DNA of 63,513 nt, counting the filler, from Octopus bimaculoides (Eukaryota), in assembly GCF_001194135.2 (NCBI RefSeq). It is 5 parts of 5 records of this genome, joined end to end, with 100 filler letters (N's around TTAATTAATTAA, not from the genome) between each part and the next. Parts side by side here need not be neighbours in the genome. Positions count along the whole stretch, not along the records: positions 62,099 to 63,513 come from NW_026413850.1; 4 more parts are not named here. One strand, given 5' to 3'. The notes under the pieces were generated by a model. That model saw only the letters and a list, made by a program, of their open reading frames with translations. It searched no databases and was not told where the DNA came from. Both the position numbers and the translations under genes were made by a program. Below are positions 62,100-63,513 of this stretch, in pieces; the stretch's first letter is position 1; every line of letters begins with the position of its first letter.

Positions 62100-63190
62100 T
62101 CAAATTATTTATTAATTGTTATAATGTGAATATTTGATATTTAGTAGAGATGCCCTTTGCATTTTTCAATGCAAAGACCCTATTAGGCATGATAGTGATC
62201 AGATGATGGATATTCTCTGGCAGAATTTCTTGTCAAGTTTCATACAGTAATCTCAAATAATCTGGCGTTGAAGATGCTTTCTTTTTCTTTTTATGAAGTG
62301 TCCTGTCCATTATGTCCCAGAGATGTTCCATAGGGTTCATATCTGGTGACTGGCTTGGCAATGGAAGCTTTTTAATGCTATTCTCATCCAAAGGATCATT
62401 TTAGCCGTGTGACAAGGAACCACATCTTCCATAAATAAAGAGTCTTCTTTAATCATTTCACCACTGGAGAAGATTGGAAGTAGTCCTTTTTGCAATATGA
62501 ACACATATTTATCTGAGTTTATGTTTCCCTCACACTCCACCAGCTCTGATCAACCGTTGCTCCAAATTGCTCCCTTTGATCACAGAATAGCTGCCATGTT
62601 TCATTGTTGGCTGCAATCGTTTCATATCAAATTCTTGAAAATAGAGTCTCCAGACCCACACACGACCATTGTCAGGAAATACAACAAATCTGGACTCATC
62701 AGAGAATATGACAGTGTGCCAAAATACTAGAGGCCTTTCTACCATCTCACTGGCCCAATCTTTTTTCCGCTTGATGTTGGCTGATCGAAGTGGCTCCCTT
62801 ATTGCTGCTCTTGTTCTGCTATGTCAAAGACCTTGCAATGAGGACTATCCTCCACAATTGTCTTAACACAGAGAAAGGTCCTGTCAGAGGGCCCTGATTG
62901 ATCTGGACGAGGTGATGTGAACTCCTTCCCCTCTCTGGTGAATTGCACAATCGCTCTATTAACTGTAGAAAGCGGGATCCCAAGGTTTTCTGCGATTTTA
63001 CGCAGACTATGCCCATCTTCAAAATGACCCACCATACGGCCTCTTTGAAATTCAAACAGTTCTAAGGCTTCTTTAGTACATGGCATGATTAAACAGTCAC
63101 ATTTAGAACATGAAACATAAAAATAGCAATTAATAAAAAATATAAACCTTTACTAGCTAGAATAAACAAAACGATGTTTTATGGAGTGTC
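62100..63190 (-). mobile_element. Tc1-family transposon relic with a pseudogenised DDE transposase
   Basis: HTH start ([36 protein letters not shown]), VIFSDESRF, FMEDVVPCH and PSQSPDMNPMEHLWD. Frameshifts and stops; 3' end lost in a gap. Confidence 0.9.
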
Positions 63191-63196
63191 TACTTG

Positions 63197-63322
<126 letters not shown>

Positions 63323-63513
63323 CAAGAGTAGAGTAGCGTAATCCGAATGAACAGGAACTGGTATATCCAGGAATTGGTATCTCCAAGATCAGTCAGAAGG
63401 CCGGGGTCCGTGTGAGGGAGCGGTATATAATCAATCAAAACATGAACAAGCAAGAAAAAACACGAAAAAATAACGCGAGGACGTGGAATAAGTACAGTGT
63501 TATTGGACGCTCA

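Overview
AT-rich eukaryotic DNA, dense in microsatellites and retroposons, with many N gaps and artificial TTAATTAATTAA scaffold linkers. The tRNA-derived SINE families and repeat load look like an Octopus genome (inference, no database search). No host gene can be named. Almost every long ORF in the track is a gap or microsatellite artefact or a transposon relic. Recognisable content: Penelope-like element (PLE) fragments, RTE, CR1-like, CRE-like and R4/Dong-like LINE fragments, one full-length decayed mariner, one Tc1 relic, several MITEs and foldbacks, and many SINEs, several of them nested. A few weak minus-strand exon candidates lie in the CpG-depleted left ~45 kb, suggesting the window is mostly intron of a minus-strand gene. 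Best leads: (1) a repeat carrying a minimal, dimer-type hammerhead ribozyme, present twice, once behind a tRNA-like Pol III head that is itself in a tight head-to-head inverted pair; (2) a PLE with a twin-priming-style 5' inversion; (3) an ~80-bp duplication whose substitutions all fall on third codon positions; (4) an apparent CpG/methylation boundary near 44-46 kb close to an RFX X-box; (5) Dong-like LINE ends embedded in (AAT)n; (6) large near-perfect hairpins. Repeat boundaries are approximate unless TIRs or TSDs are quoted.
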